Source: Minutocellus sp. GHC0000111
Taxonomy: Eukaryota
Assembly (NCBI GenBank): GCA_977018835.1
Contig: OZ361260.1
Coordinates: 1,426,001-1,490,000 of the forward strand
Length of the DNA stretch: 64,000 nucleotides
Reading direction: 5' to 3'
Below the pieces are notes generated by a model. It did not search any database. It was not told the DNA's origin and was given only the letters and a program-made list of their open reading frames with translations. A program made the position numbers and the translations under genes. The number at the start of each line of letters is the position of its first letter. Position 1 is the first letter of the stretch. This document shows, piece after piece, positions 21,716 to 34,700 of the stretch.

Positions 21716-22414
21716 GCCCTTGCGGATCCTGGCTTGAGCTAGCTCGAGAGTAGTGTAAAATACGTGTACGTAAAGGTATTTGTAATGCCGATCATCCCAG
21801 TGCCGAGCGATTGTTTCGAAGAGATCTCGACAAAGCAGTGCGAGCAGCGACGGCATCAATGGCACCTTGTAGGTAGGCCCTGTCCTTGGCAGGGCCACAA
21901 AGAAGCTCGCAAACGCTAGCCATTTCTTCAGAATTGGACGGCAGGGCATTGTGTCGCCAGTGGTTCTAAAGAAGAAGAACGCCGGCAATGGCGTCCTTCT
22001 GCTCTCGCATGAGCTTTACCCAGAGCTCCTTGTCCAAGAAGGATTCAGACCTGAGAACATTGAGACGCTTGACGTCAGGACATTGAGACGCTTGACGTCC
22101 TTTCGTGCTTTGAATTTCTCCGAGCGAGCTTCGTGCTTTGTGCAGCTTTCCTGATGACACATGAGCATTTGCTATTAGGACGGTAGTACCAAATCTGACA
22201 CTTGGCCAGAGCAGTCAAAACGGACATGACGGCCTATCTGACACTTGGGATACTCAGAGTTTGCCATCTGACGCAGCCAACTTCTCCGAATGAATCGAAT
22301 CGGAAGCAAAGCACAGAGCTCACAGATCGGAAAAAATCACACACAAAACACAACAGGCCGGAATCCCTACAGCACATCAAGATACATGTAAAAGAGCAAC
22401 AGCCACCATTCATT

Positions 22415-22866
22415 ATGACGAAGAGCGCATCCATCCCCACAACGACCCCCAAGAATAACAGCGGCAACGCAATGAAGTCGGTCAAGATTGCTCCGAAGGC
22501 GATAGTCATCCTTTCGCTCGCTCTCGAAGACTTACCGACGAAGAGATCGACAGTGTCTGGTTCACCCCCGAAGAAGACAATGCTTCCAAGAAACACCTCA
22601 TTCACACCCACAAGGTCCTTCAGTCCAACGGCGGAGCCATCCCCTTCGATCTGCACTCTGACTTCACCGCACTCGGGCTGGATCATGTGACCAGTCAGGT
22701 GCGCCGGGAGAACAAAGAGCGCCACCTAAACGCCGTCTTGGACGCTCAAGACAATTCTTCGGCATGTGCCAAGACCATCGCTCGAATCTCCGAGGCCATG
22801 TCCCAATCATCGATCAAGCATGCTGCCGCTGCCGCCAACGACTTGGCCACCGATCTCAGCAATTGA
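22415..22866 (+). pseudogene. Small uncharacterised protein family, copy 3 (frameshift near 22533)
   Basis: MTKSASIP...KSVKIAPKAIVILSLALED, then TDEEIDSVWFTPEEDNASKKHLI in another frame. Confidence 0.75.
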
Positions 22867-23465
22867 ACACTAGCACAGTGCGCCGCACACATATGAAATC
22901 TTGAGGCCACAATTTCGCCATTTTAAAACGTACATGTAGCCTCGAAAAACAAACCAAATGTACCAATAATCCAATTACATTATGAACGCGAGTGAGAAAA
23001 GTTCAAATTTCAAGCGAAGCTGCTATGCACCAACGAGACGGATCAGATTACGATTCGTACATACATGTAAACAAATGTAACGACATGATAAAATTTTTAT
23101 TCAACCAAGTCATAGTTCACGCTTTTTACACACACATGCATGTGTAACAATTTTCTACATAGTCGTTTTATCATGTTGACATGCTCAGGCGATGGAAAGT
23201 GAAGAAAGTAGGTTAGAACAAGCAGAGATAGTCGCAAATATAATTACTCATAGTGCCGTTCAGGTCCACTTCTAAAGCCTCTAAATTGCTCGTAGTGACC
23301 GCATTCTCGATCGACTCGAATGATGTGCCGAGAAACCGTCACCATTAGAGCATGCACCATGGTATTTTAGACAGTCAGTGAAAACTTAGCATGATTACAT
23401 ACATGTATACTGTGTGTGTGATGCAATGCATGCATGTAACTCTAAATCAGCCAGAGAAACTTAGA

Positions 23466-23515
23466 TCTACATTCTTCCGACGGAAAGGTCGGCCTCCCTC
23501 CGGCCCAAGCTTTCT
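23466..23515 (-). pseudogene. Third, ~50-bp remnant of the coiled-coil gene 3' end
   Basis: ATCTACATTC..GACGGAAAGGTCGGCCTCCCTCCGGCCCAAGCTTTCT matches 19467-19517. Confidence 0.8.
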
Positions 23516-24676
23516 AGGACGGTAGTACCGTAGCGTCTCAAAGTGGTCGGAAAGTAGGCGCAAATTAATTGTGAGACGATGCATGATGACGCTCATTTCA
23601 TGGGCTGATTTGACGGCCTACGACGGTGTTTCCAAAACTGCGACTGTCTGACTCAGCGTAAAACTCTGACACAGTGGCGGAATGACGTACTGTTCTTCTA
23701 GGCCTGATTTTGGGTCACTCTTTTCCATCTCACTCGGCGCTTGGCCTGTACCTAGGTAGGCTACGCCATTTTAGGCTGTGACTTTGTTCGACGGCAGACG
23801 AGACGAAATGGTCTGTCTGTTGTCCGTTTTGAACTTCGTGCGAAAAAATCGTGACTTTGTTTCGCGAGAGCACGAAAAACGGCTGCCGAAAATTTGTATC
23901 GTACAAATTTTTTTGCCGAAGAGTACGAACTCGACCCTCGATTTCGTGCGGTGCGAGATTTCATTTCGTATGACGAACTCGGCAAAAGTACAGAAAATAG
24001 TACAGAAATGTTCTCGGCAACAATCAGCCAGTGGGGCAACACGCCCATTTTTCCAGCACATATTGTGTCATGCTACATTGCAGCATTTCTTTTCGCGTTC
24101 TCACTGGTTTTGCTTCAGTCAAAAGAAGCAGCAATGAGTCAATTCCAACAATCAACCACTTGTGAGCGACCTCTCAGATGATATTGAAGTGGAAGCATTG
24201 GCGCTGGTCGGTCAAAGGGAGCATTGCCATTGCATTCGTTTCCTGGTGAATTGTTGTGCGTGAATTTTTGTCTTCGCCTTTCATCAAATAAAATCATGTC
24301 GTACTCGTCGATTCAAGTGCAACATAACATGATGCATCGATCAGCATAACGCCCATATCAGACATATCAGTTGCCGATGTGGCACGAGGGGGTGGGCGCG
24401 GCCGGCTCGACTTCGTCAAGTTGGCTCGTTTTGCGTGAACAAGAGGCGGTTTCGCAACAAAGAAACAAACGAAATTTTGCCGTAAACCACTACTTTATCA
24501 CAGGAGTACTTCCGCTAGTCCCGTCTTGTTCGCCGTCAAACAAAGTCCCAGCCTTATGCTGTGTGCCCCTGCTGGGACGGAGCCACGTCACACAATCTCA
24601 TCATTCTTTAGGAACGAACAGGACAGACAAATACAGCACATCAAGATAGAAGCAAGAGCTACTACTAGTTCAATTC

Positions 24677-25127
24677 ATGATGAAGAGCGCATCCATCCTC
24701 ACAACGACCCTCAAGAGCAAAAGCGGCAACATCAGCAACAACAACAAGTCGGTCAAGTTTGCAAGCCGTCCTTTCGTTCGCTCTCGACAACTTCACCGAC
24801 GACGAGATCGACAGCATCTGGATCACCCCTGAAGAAGACAATACTTCGAAGCAACACCTCATCCAAACCATCAAGATCCTTCAGTCCAACTGCGGAATCA
24901 TTCCCCGAGATCTGCAAACCGACTTCACCGCACTTGGCCTGGATTCCGTCACCAGTCAGGTACGCCGGGAGAACAAAGAGCGCCACCTGGCCGCCATCTT
25001 GGACGTTCAGGACGACTCTTCAGTATGTGCCAAGACAATCGCTAGAATCTCCCGGGCCATGTCCCAGTCGGCGATCAAACATGCCGTCGCTGCCGCCAAC
25101 AACTTGACCTCCGATCTTGACGTGTAA
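24677..25127 (+). pseudogene. Small uncharacterised protein family, copy 4 (short frameshifting deletion near 24760)
   Basis: MMKSASILTTT...KSVKF, then VLSFALDNFTDDEIDSIWITPEEDNTSKQHLI in another frame. Confidence 0.75.
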
Positions 25128-25679
25128 ACAGTCAGCTACTACCTAGCTAGTAGAGCAGTGCACCCGGTGTGTCGACTTTGCTGCCCGCTAGCCCCCGCTC
25201 TGGCCATCCCTTCCTGCAGCGCAGATAGACACTGCAATCAATTCAATAGTGACATTCTTTGCTGATTTGTAAATATATATATTAATGTGCATAAAAACAA
25301 TCGAAATACAGTCCTGTAACCTTTCTATCGACAATTCTAATTCGAACTCCTTAAAATACATGTACGTATTTTACATGGATATACTCGTGCGAGATTGATT
25401 CGAAAGTAAAACTACGGATTGAAGATGACAATACTGATAATTTATTATTACAAATCAGCAAAGAATGTGCTATAGTACATGTAGCATGTAAACATGAACA
25501 ATACAACAAACAAAAGGATGCGATCGCAGCTATGTCGTAGTGGACGTATGCAATATGAATGTGCACCTCATATTCAAGAGAGTACCAACAGGTGTACGTA
25601 TATTTTAGCACTTACAGTACTAGTTTATGCTGGAGATACTCCAGCATTCCAGTAGATACATCTACCTAGGTACTCTAAT

Positions 25680-28600
25680 CTACATCCTTCCAGAACAAAG
25701 CTCGGCCTCCCTCCGGAACAAGCTTTCTGAAAGTAAATTGAGCTCTTCTTGCCATCTTTCCAACTGCTCTTCTACCTCCTCGGCCTTGGAGATTCTCTCA
25801 TCGAGAAGGAAGCGATCGTGCTCAATCTCCTTGCTCTTTTCCTTGAGACTGATGGCTACTAATCGCATTTGCTCTTGCGCTTCCTGCAGCTGTCGTCTCT
25901 CCTCGGCGATATTTCGCCCCTCTGTTAGGGCTTCTCCAAGGCTCGCTTCCTTTTCGGCCAATTCTTGTTGCCTCACTTCCAGCTCTGCCTGCTTTTCCGA
26001 CAGCGCCCTCGATTCTTCTTGAACGGCTGCTTCTCGTTCCTCTAGATCACGGGTTTGAGATTCAATTGAAGCGCCTTGGCTTTCGATCGTGTCCATCAAT
26101 TTGGCCACCTTCTCGCGTTGGCTTTCTTCGTATTCTGCAAACGATAGTCGTTGTTCCCTGGCTTGGCTTTCAATGGTTACAATAGCTTCGTCATACTCAT
26201 TCTGCTGACTGACCAAGCTTTCCTCGAGCACTGCGATGCGATCCTTCAGAACAGAGGCGTTGGTCTCTGCCTGGAGATTTGCTTCCATCAACGCCGTCTT
26301 CTCCGCAAGTATCTTGTCGTAGTCTCTGAGGACTTCGGAGGCTGGAGAAGGAGAAAGCATGGCAGCACATATGTGGCGAGGTTAGAAATATTGTAAACAT
26401 CCGAAAAGGGGGCAAAATATTCCAATGCATGTCAAACAGCCACAGACATACCTTCGGTTTGAAGAGCCTTGCTTTCTGCCGAGATGGATTGTTCCTTGGA
26501 CTCAAAAGCTGCGCGTGTCTCTTCGATCTCTTCACGGCAGCGATCTTGCTCAGATCGCAGTGCAAGCTTTAGTGAATCGACCTTGATCGCAAGATCTCCA
26601 CAGCGCTGCTTTAGACTCGCATTATCCTTGAGCACCTTAGCAAGCTCGGTCTGCAGCTGACTTTCGCCCTTGTCGATGGCCTCCTGTCGAGCAGCGAGTT
26701 CGTTCGATAGGAGTTCAAGAGATGCAGTCTCCTGAGCAACTTCATCGCGACGAAGTTTGCACTCTGCATTTCGACGACTCGTTTCAGAAATGACCTGTGA
26801 CAACTCGTCTTGCGCACGAGCAAGATCATCCGCAGCTCGGGTCAGCTCTTCTTTCATTTCTGCCTTGGCAGCCTCGCCAGCATCCCTGGCTTGTCTGAGA
26901 TCATCCTGTAAGGCTGATAATTCCGCCCGTGCCGCGTCTGCCTCTGCTTGTTTGTTCTCGATGCTTTGTTGCAAGTTGCCAAGTTCATCCTGTGCGTTCA
27001 ATATCTAGAAATGAATGGAAATATGGAACGTTGGGATGAAAGTGAGATGATGAAAGGAATCCCGGTAAACCTTTTCTCTGAAACAAAATGGCCATATCAT
27101 TGTTATCTGGGAACTTACCGTCGACTTGATGGATTCCCGTGCTCTTTCGGCGTCGTGGATAAGCTTTTCGCGTTTGGCCTCTTCAAGCTCCCGGCTCGCT
27201 TTGGCTTCTGTGTAGCGTTGTTCCTCTTCCACACGAAGAACGACACATTCATCAAGCTGAGCTCGGGCGGCCTTGATTTCCTGCTGGCTTTCTTCAGTGG
27301 ATGCCTCTAGCTTTGATCGTTCCGAGGCGATACCCTCCATCTGACGATTATTTGCCTCGGCCTGCTGCTTCAAGTTCGCCTCACGCTCTTCGAGCTCTTG
27401 GCTGCGCTGCTTGAGAGCAGCTTCTTTCGCCAGAAGTTCTTCTTCGACTTTTTCAAGACGCTTTCGTTCCTTTTTCGTCTCGGCCTTGGTCAGTCGTATG
27501 GCCTTGTCGACATCGGCCGCTCTCTGTTCCAATTTCGATGACTGTTCCGCAAGCAGAGCCTCTCGCCTTTCGAGCTCAGTCCACTGAAATTACGAAAGAG
27601 AAGGAGAACGATACATGGCCTCGTTGCATGGGTGAGAGAATGTCAATATTTAAATCAGAGACTATCAGCCGGGAATTATCAAGAGTAGTTGCAATAACAT
27701 CGTTCAAAACAAACATACCTCCTTCTCGACCGATGCCCGTTCTTCTACCAAAGAATCGTTCTCTTTTCGCATTTGTGCCTTTTCATCGTCAAGGGAGTTT
27801 GACAGATTTCGCAGATTGTCTGCTCGCTTGTCCAGGTCGGCTTCTTGTTGCTTCGCGGCCTCGATACGCATTGTCAAATTATTTCGGTCGGCTGAAACAG
27901 CATCTTCCATTGCTGTAACCTCCTCCAGACGCTCATCAATCCATCTTCGCTGTTCCTTTAATTCTTGGTGAATCTTTCTCACAGACTGTTCACGAGCAAT
28001 AAAATCCGATTCAGCAGATTTGAGCTGATTGCTCTTGGCATCAATGGCCTCCTCGCGACGAGCTACGTCGGCATAACGATCCATCAGATCAGCCTCCTTG
28101 TTGTCGATATTCTTCATCCGTTCAAGTAAAGCTGCTTCCGTTTCCTCCTGCTTGGTTTGGGTGGAAAGAAGCTCATCCTGGACGGCCCGGATCTCTTGAC
28201 GGTCTTGGTCCACTTCCTCTGCAGCTTGCTGTGTCGCTATTCTCAACGCCTCGATTTGGATGCGGCTGTTTTCCAGCGAAGACGACGCATCGGCTAGATC
28301 GGCCTCTCTAGACTCGAGGTGTACTTTCTGGTCTTCTAGAGCTGCCTGGTCGGACTGAATTGTCTGTCTTTCTGCTTCCATCTGACGGAGAGATTCTTCC
28401 AACTCTGCAGCAGCCTCAGTGAGTTCATCTTCTCGGCGAAGAAGGTCTTTGCCATTTTATCCAGAGATTGAGATAAGTAAGTTGGGGTACTTTGTTAGCA
28501 AGTTGAGAAGCAATCTTGGCTTGTTCCTCTACGACGGGGGAAAATCAACACTCAGCAAAAATGTATCATTCAAAACTCACCCTCTTTGACGACGTAGCTC

Positions 28601-31185
28601 TGATCGATAGCCTCTTTGGCCGCTTTCTCTGCCTGGGCGGCCTTGTCCAATCGCTCCTGGGCCGTCTTGGTCAGCTCCTCTACCTCCTCCTTCTTCGATC
28701 TAACCTCGCCACGAAGCTCGTTGAGATGCGTTTCGACCTTGCGTTCCTCAACGTGCAAGGCGGCAATGTTCTCCTGGATGTGAGCCAGATCATTCCGCCC
28801 CGATGCCAGCTGCTCATCGACGGCCGACAACTCCATTCGAATGGACTTGGTCCGGTCTCTGGCAGCCACAGCCTCATGCTCGGCTTCGGCCCGGTCCTTT
28901 TCGAGATTCTGCAACTGCTCCTGAGCTACTGATATTTCTGACTGGACGACCCCAAGATCTGCCTTGGTCGCCTCCAGCGTCCGGGACGACTGGGCAGCCC
29001 GACGCTGGAGCATCGGGAGTGCATCGTCGACCAGGCGAGATACCACCACGTCGATATCGTCGGTAATGGGAATCGAGGAGGCATTGCCATTGTTGCTGAG
29101 ATTGGTTTTGTCATCGTCGCTTTCATGGCCACCACCCTCCAACACGGCAAATATCTTACCCAGTGCCCTGCCGATCCTCTCGGCCGTGGTGGTCAGCTTG
29201 GTTTGGACGTCGTCCCTGCCCCGCCTGGCTGTCTCGGCCTCCAATTCCATCTGCTGCAAGCGATTCGTCAGCGACCAGATCTGCGACTGCTGCTCCGTGC
29301 GGACGGAGTTGGATTCCTCCAGCTTGGCTTGCAGAGTTGCAATCTGGTTGGATAGGTGACGCTCTCGGTTACTGCTGGCAGCAGTAGTGACGGAGCATGC
29401 GATGAGGTTGGTTCTTGTAGCAGGAGTGGCTGTGCCTGACGTGACGATGCTCCGCCCATCGTGATGGCGGTTGGGGATGGGCGATAGCTTGGGCGTGGCC
29501 ATTGGGGACGATATAGCCTCCAACATCGTCGTTGGGGCTGCCGCTACCGCCGCCTGGGCCGCTGCGGAAGCCGAGGGAGTACGAAGGATGGACGGTGGGG
29601 CCCTGGCTTTGTTGGGGATGCCTCGACTTGGTCCCTTGGTCGAAGCCATCGGAGTTCCCACAATGCCATCGGCGTGCTGATCAAAGGTGGTGGTGAGGGC
29701 CGAAACATCGGCATGGAGCTGGAAGCCTCCTCCTCCTCCTCCTGTTACTGCTGCTCGGCCATCCTCGACCTCATTTGCTGTACCAGGTGCCTCGATATTT
29801 CCCTCCTCCTGCTGCTCCGACCAGCGGATCCCACGGATCCGCAAGGCTGACGGCGGTCTGGTAGCTCCTGTTGCGACTGCGTTGGCGTTTGAGTTGGCAT
29901 TGTCATCTCCATTCCTGGCAGCATGCATGTACCTGGGGTTGGCCTTGCCGCTGCTCTTGGGGGTCGACGCCACGGCCACGGTCGCATCTACTGGTGCTTG
30001 TGCTGCACCCATGGCCACCGACGCCGGTGGCGACGCCGACGATAGCAGGTCGGTGTCGACCCTCAGACCCATCCGCCCTTGACCTCGACCTTGGCCCTGG
30101 CTCTGCTCCTGCCGTTGCCGCTGACGTTCCCGATCTCGCCTCCACTGGGCCAGAATGACGTCGGACTCGTGCGTTTGGTTGGTTTGACTTTGGTCATTGA
30201 TACCTGCCATGCCACCACCGCCCAGCAGGCTGGTGTTGGCCGTGAGGGCCGTCTCCGCCGTAGCGGCCGTCCCCTTGGTCAGGACCGTCGCCGCATCTAG
30301 GTCGGCATCTCGATCGGCGGTATTAATAGGACCGCCAGTACCAGCAGCAGTCCCCGACGGCAGCAGGGATGCAATGGTCCCCCTCTTGTCCACCCTCTTC
30401 CTGTTCTGTTTCCTGTTGCCACCTACGAAGCTGAGCTCGGCGTCACCATTGGCAGTTTTGCCCCTGCCACCCCCACCCTTGCGGATCCGATCGGCATTCC
30501 GCGGCGGCGGCGGGGGCATCCGTTCGAACGACGACTTGTTCTTATTGGTGGTGGCAGGTCCCGACCGTGACCTTGACCTTGACTGCCTGTCCAGCAGATC
30601 TTGATACCGGGCGTTCAAATCGTCATTGTCGTCCTCGTCACCATAATGCTCGTGCTCGTACTCGTGGTAGGAGCTGCCATCATCGCCATCATCTCCGTCG
30701 TCGGCCGTGTCGTAGTAGTCGGTGCTCCCATCGTCTCCGTAATCATTTGCAATGCCATGGTATGCATCGGCATTGTCGGACGGGAGGCCCCGGCGGTGCA
30801 TCTCGAACACGCGCATCTGGAGCTGCTGCTGCCGGGGTTGCTGTCGGAGTTGGTGCCTCTGCTGCTGACCGTCCTTGCCCTCCATCGTCAATACACGCAG
30901 TTGCGACCGCCTCCGTTCGCCCAGGACCGTCTGCTGGTCGCCAAAGGCCGACGTTGGCGATGACGACGATACTGATGACGAATGCTCTGCATGTGCGGGA
31001 GCTGGCCGGGTGGCTGCCGATGCCGCCGCTGCTCGGGCCAGCGAGGACTTTGCGTTCGTCCCCGGAGCAGCCGCAGCATTCGCCACCGAGGTTCCATCGC
31101 CGTTGGCGTTGGTCGACAGGTTGCCCAGCCGGGCCCTCCTCCCACCAGCGTTGGCGGCAGTGGGGGGGACGGCGGCAGTCGGCAT
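25680..31185 (-). CDS. Large protein with a disordered N-terminus and long coiled-coil C-terminus; exons 31185-28581, 28446-27719, 27583-27119, 27004-26452, 26341-25680
   Basis: Four GT-AG introns join the ORFs in frame; E/Q/K/R/L heptad-rich sequence. Confidence 0.8.
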
Positions 31186-31707
31186 CGTGCTGCAGTCTAC
31201 TTGGTATGCGTCTCCTTGCAGAGTACTGGCTAGCTAGCTAGGACTACAATGCCTCGTATCTGCCGTGCAAAAAACCAACACAAGACGTGCTGGAAATGCA
31301 CAGCATGTACATGTACCTAGGTACCAGGTAAATCATGATGCCGGCTGGGGGGGGACCAAAAAAGTCGACCGCATGCGAGGCGGTCGGCATCATACAGGTT
31401 TTTTTTCCTACAATATATTTCCTTATGTCATTATCCATTAATTGTGGTAAATTATGGTAAAATATTTGGGTAGCAAATACTCACAGCCGAGGCGATGCCG
31501 GCGTCCGAGCGCGGGAAATGAATTTCAAAAAAATGCGCCAAGCTCCTTTCGTGCAAACCCAGCACATCATAATCATAATGCCAGCACATCATAATACAAG
31601 AGAAAGGCGAAGGCAAACAAGGCAAAACGCCGCCGCTGCCCTCCCTCCTTCCACAGATATCCCATCCAACCACGACGCCTTGCGCCAAAAAGACAAACAA
31701 TATAAAT

Positions 31708-34700
31708 ATGACGGTAACGACCGAGCTGCTCGACGCCCTCCTCTCCCCCTCCGGGGCCGCCGGCGGGCAGCACTCCCCCCGCGCGCAGGCCGAGCATCAT
31801 CTCTCCGCCCTCGCCCTGCCCGACCGCGTCACGGGTCTGCTCCACCTCCTCCTGCAGACCACCACCGCCAGTGCTGCCAATGGTAGTGCCAATGGCAGCG
31901 ACGCCGCCACAAACCAATCCCGCGCCATGCTCTCCGCCGTATTGCTGCGGCGGGACATTGCCACGCTCGGCCACCGGTCTCGACCACGCCGCCGCCATGA
32001 CCCTGCTGAGAGAGATGGTTGCCCCGCTCCTGCAGCTTTTTTTAGCGGGGGTGAAAACAGTGGCAATGGTGGTAGTAGCAATGGCAACAAGACCACCCGG
32101 AGGCAGGTGGGACATTGTTTGGCGGAACTGTGCCTGAGCTGCAGCGTCCTGGGCGGTGCCGCCGGTGCCGCCGCCGACGGTGCGGCCGCGGCCAACGAGG
32201 TCATGGCCCAGGTCCTGGCGGGCATCGGACCGGGGGTGAGTTGTTTCGATTTGGGGTGACGTTTTCTGTTTTGAGTTGTTGTTATGGATGTTGTTGCTGC
32301 TGTTGTGTTTGGCAAACGGCAATGCGTTCATTTTCTTGTACTAGAGTATTTGGGGATGCACGGTCTTTGGCCTGGGCTCGACTCGATATGGTGCTGCCAT
32401 CACCTCCTTTGCCGATGCCCGATCATTAGATATTGCATATCAACCTTCAACTCAACTCACTTGTTGCACTCGCATTAACTTTCCATTCGTTATTTTGTTT
32501 TCCCATTGGGTCTTTGTTGTATATTCACACACAAATCAATATGTATGTATGCTTTGGACAGTGCTCCGCGGCCGATCCGACGTCCCTCCTCCTACTGTCG
32601 GACCTGGCCGAACGGTCTCCCATCACCCTCTGGTCCTCGTCGGGCACCAACGGTGAAGCCCTGGCGGGTCTGTTCCAGGGGGTGCTGACGTCGTTGCAGT
32701 CCTCCTCCTCCTCTGGCAGCAGTACTGTAGGGGATCAGGTCGAGGCCAGTTTGGAGGCCGTGGTGCGGGTGGCCATTGCCTCCGACGAGGCCACCGCCGG
32801 CAGCGGCGAGTGCCAAAATGCCAAGAAGGTTGTCCCGTCCAGCCCGGCGTCGCATTTGGGCAAGGCCACGCTTCCCACCCTTCTCAACATGGTGGCGTCT
32901 GGAAATACTCCTCGCAGTGCCCACGATGCGGATTCCCAGCAGAGATGCATGCAAACCCTGGCCCATGCCGCCACGCACTGTCCCAGTCTGCTCGCGGGAG
33001 ATATGCAGACCCTCACGTGCCTGCTGCAAACCTGCGTGGGCATCGCCCAGGCGCAGAGCCGGGACGTTGCCGCCGATCCCGATGCCGCGACCGTCGCTTT
33101 ATCGGCCCTGGAGGTGTTGGCCTCCCTCGTGGACGTGACCGACGTCCGCAAGAAGATTGTCCTGACGTCCAAGCTGGCCGGTACCAATGGCATGGCGAAT
33201 CTCCTCCAGATGTTGCTGACGGGTCCTGCCGGCGACCAGAACGGCGTTATCCGCATCTGTGCCGCCATCATTACCAACGGTGTCGACGACGACGTTGAAT
33301 CGTGGTCGGCCGATGCCCCCTCCCTCCAATCCGATGCCGCCAATTCGTGGGAGGACGATGATTCCGCCATGTACGCCGAGTCTCTGTTGGAATCCTTCCT
33401 CCGCCATTTGGGCGGTGGTACCGCCACGCTGCCCGTTGTGCTGCCTCTGATTGAGGCCTTGATGAATGCCCCTGAATGGCGCAACCATCGGGCGGCCTTG
33501 TCCATCCTCGAGCGGTGTTTGGAGGCGGCTCCCGTGACCTTTGCCCAGCACGTTCCCGTGGCCGTCGAGGCGGCGCTCAATCTGGCTTCTGCTGCCACCT
33601 CCAACGCGCGCGTTCAGCTGCAGGCCCTGCAATTGTTGGGTGCCCTGTGCTGCCACGATACCGTGGAGGACGATCCCAATTACTCCCCTTCTGCCAATGC
33701 CACTCCGGTTCAGGTCCGATCCCAGTACGGAGGTCGTATCCTCCAGGTTGCGTCGACCCTCGTCGCCTCCCCGTGCGCCAAGGTTTCGGCCCATGCCTGC
33801 CTCGTCCTCGTATCGTTCTGCCGCGGTGGCAGCGGCAAGGACAACTGCGGCGTTTCTGTCCCCAAAGACGGCCTGGTCCCCTACCTTCAGGACGTGCTGA
33901 TGGCCCTGGCTTCCGGTCCGCTTTCCCTCGATGTGTCGGATCCTGCCAAGGTCAATGGCGGCGCGGTCACTGTCCTGGTACGGGCGATCAATGCCGTAGC
34001 CTGCCTTGCCGATGCTGCTGGTGCCGATTTTGCCCCCTATTACAACAATATCATGCCCGGTTTGCTGGGATGCAGTCAGTTCGGCTTGCAGATTGATCCC
34101 AATGGTGGAGTTCGGGCTGCTGGTGCGTCGGCAGGGCTCAGCCATGACTTTGCCACTCTCCGCGGCTCTGCCATCGAGTCAGCTACCATCGTTGGCGAAG
34201 CTGTAGAAAATGAGAGAGTCTGTTTGTGCCAGATGCCGAGAAAATTGTCGGTACCATCCTTCCCATCCTCAAGTCTGTCGAGGCTGGCAACGAGGCCGCC
34301 TCGTCTTTCATTCCCATTGACCAGCTTCTAGCGGCTTCGGCTCGTATTGCCAGCGTCATGGGCGAGCGATACGCTCAGTTTATGCCCGCTGTCCTCCCTC
34401 ATCTGCTCAAGCGGGTCAGAGAGGAGGCCGAGGTGTCTGTTGTTGAGGGAGATGATGCCGGACTCGAGGCGACCAAGCGTGAGGGCGCAGAAATCGACGA
34501 GGAAAAGGGAACCGAGGCCGTAACTTTCGCTCTTCCTGGTGTCGGCCTTCGCAAGCTTATTCTCAATACCAGCCAGATGCAGGAGAAGTCATCTGCCTGT
34601 CGAGCAATCTACGCCCACGCCTCCGCCCTCGGTGGCGCCTTTGGACCCTTCGCTGCTGAATGCACCGACGCCCTTCTGCCTCTCGTTACCTTCAAGTATT

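Noticed and set aside
21720..22172. Coding-like minus-strand relic with a ~22-nt tandem duplication
   Set aside because: Contains stops and I cannot assign a family.
33099..34145. 348-aa minus-strand ORF and similar overlapping ORFs
   Set aside because: Antisense shadows of the GC-rich importin exon.
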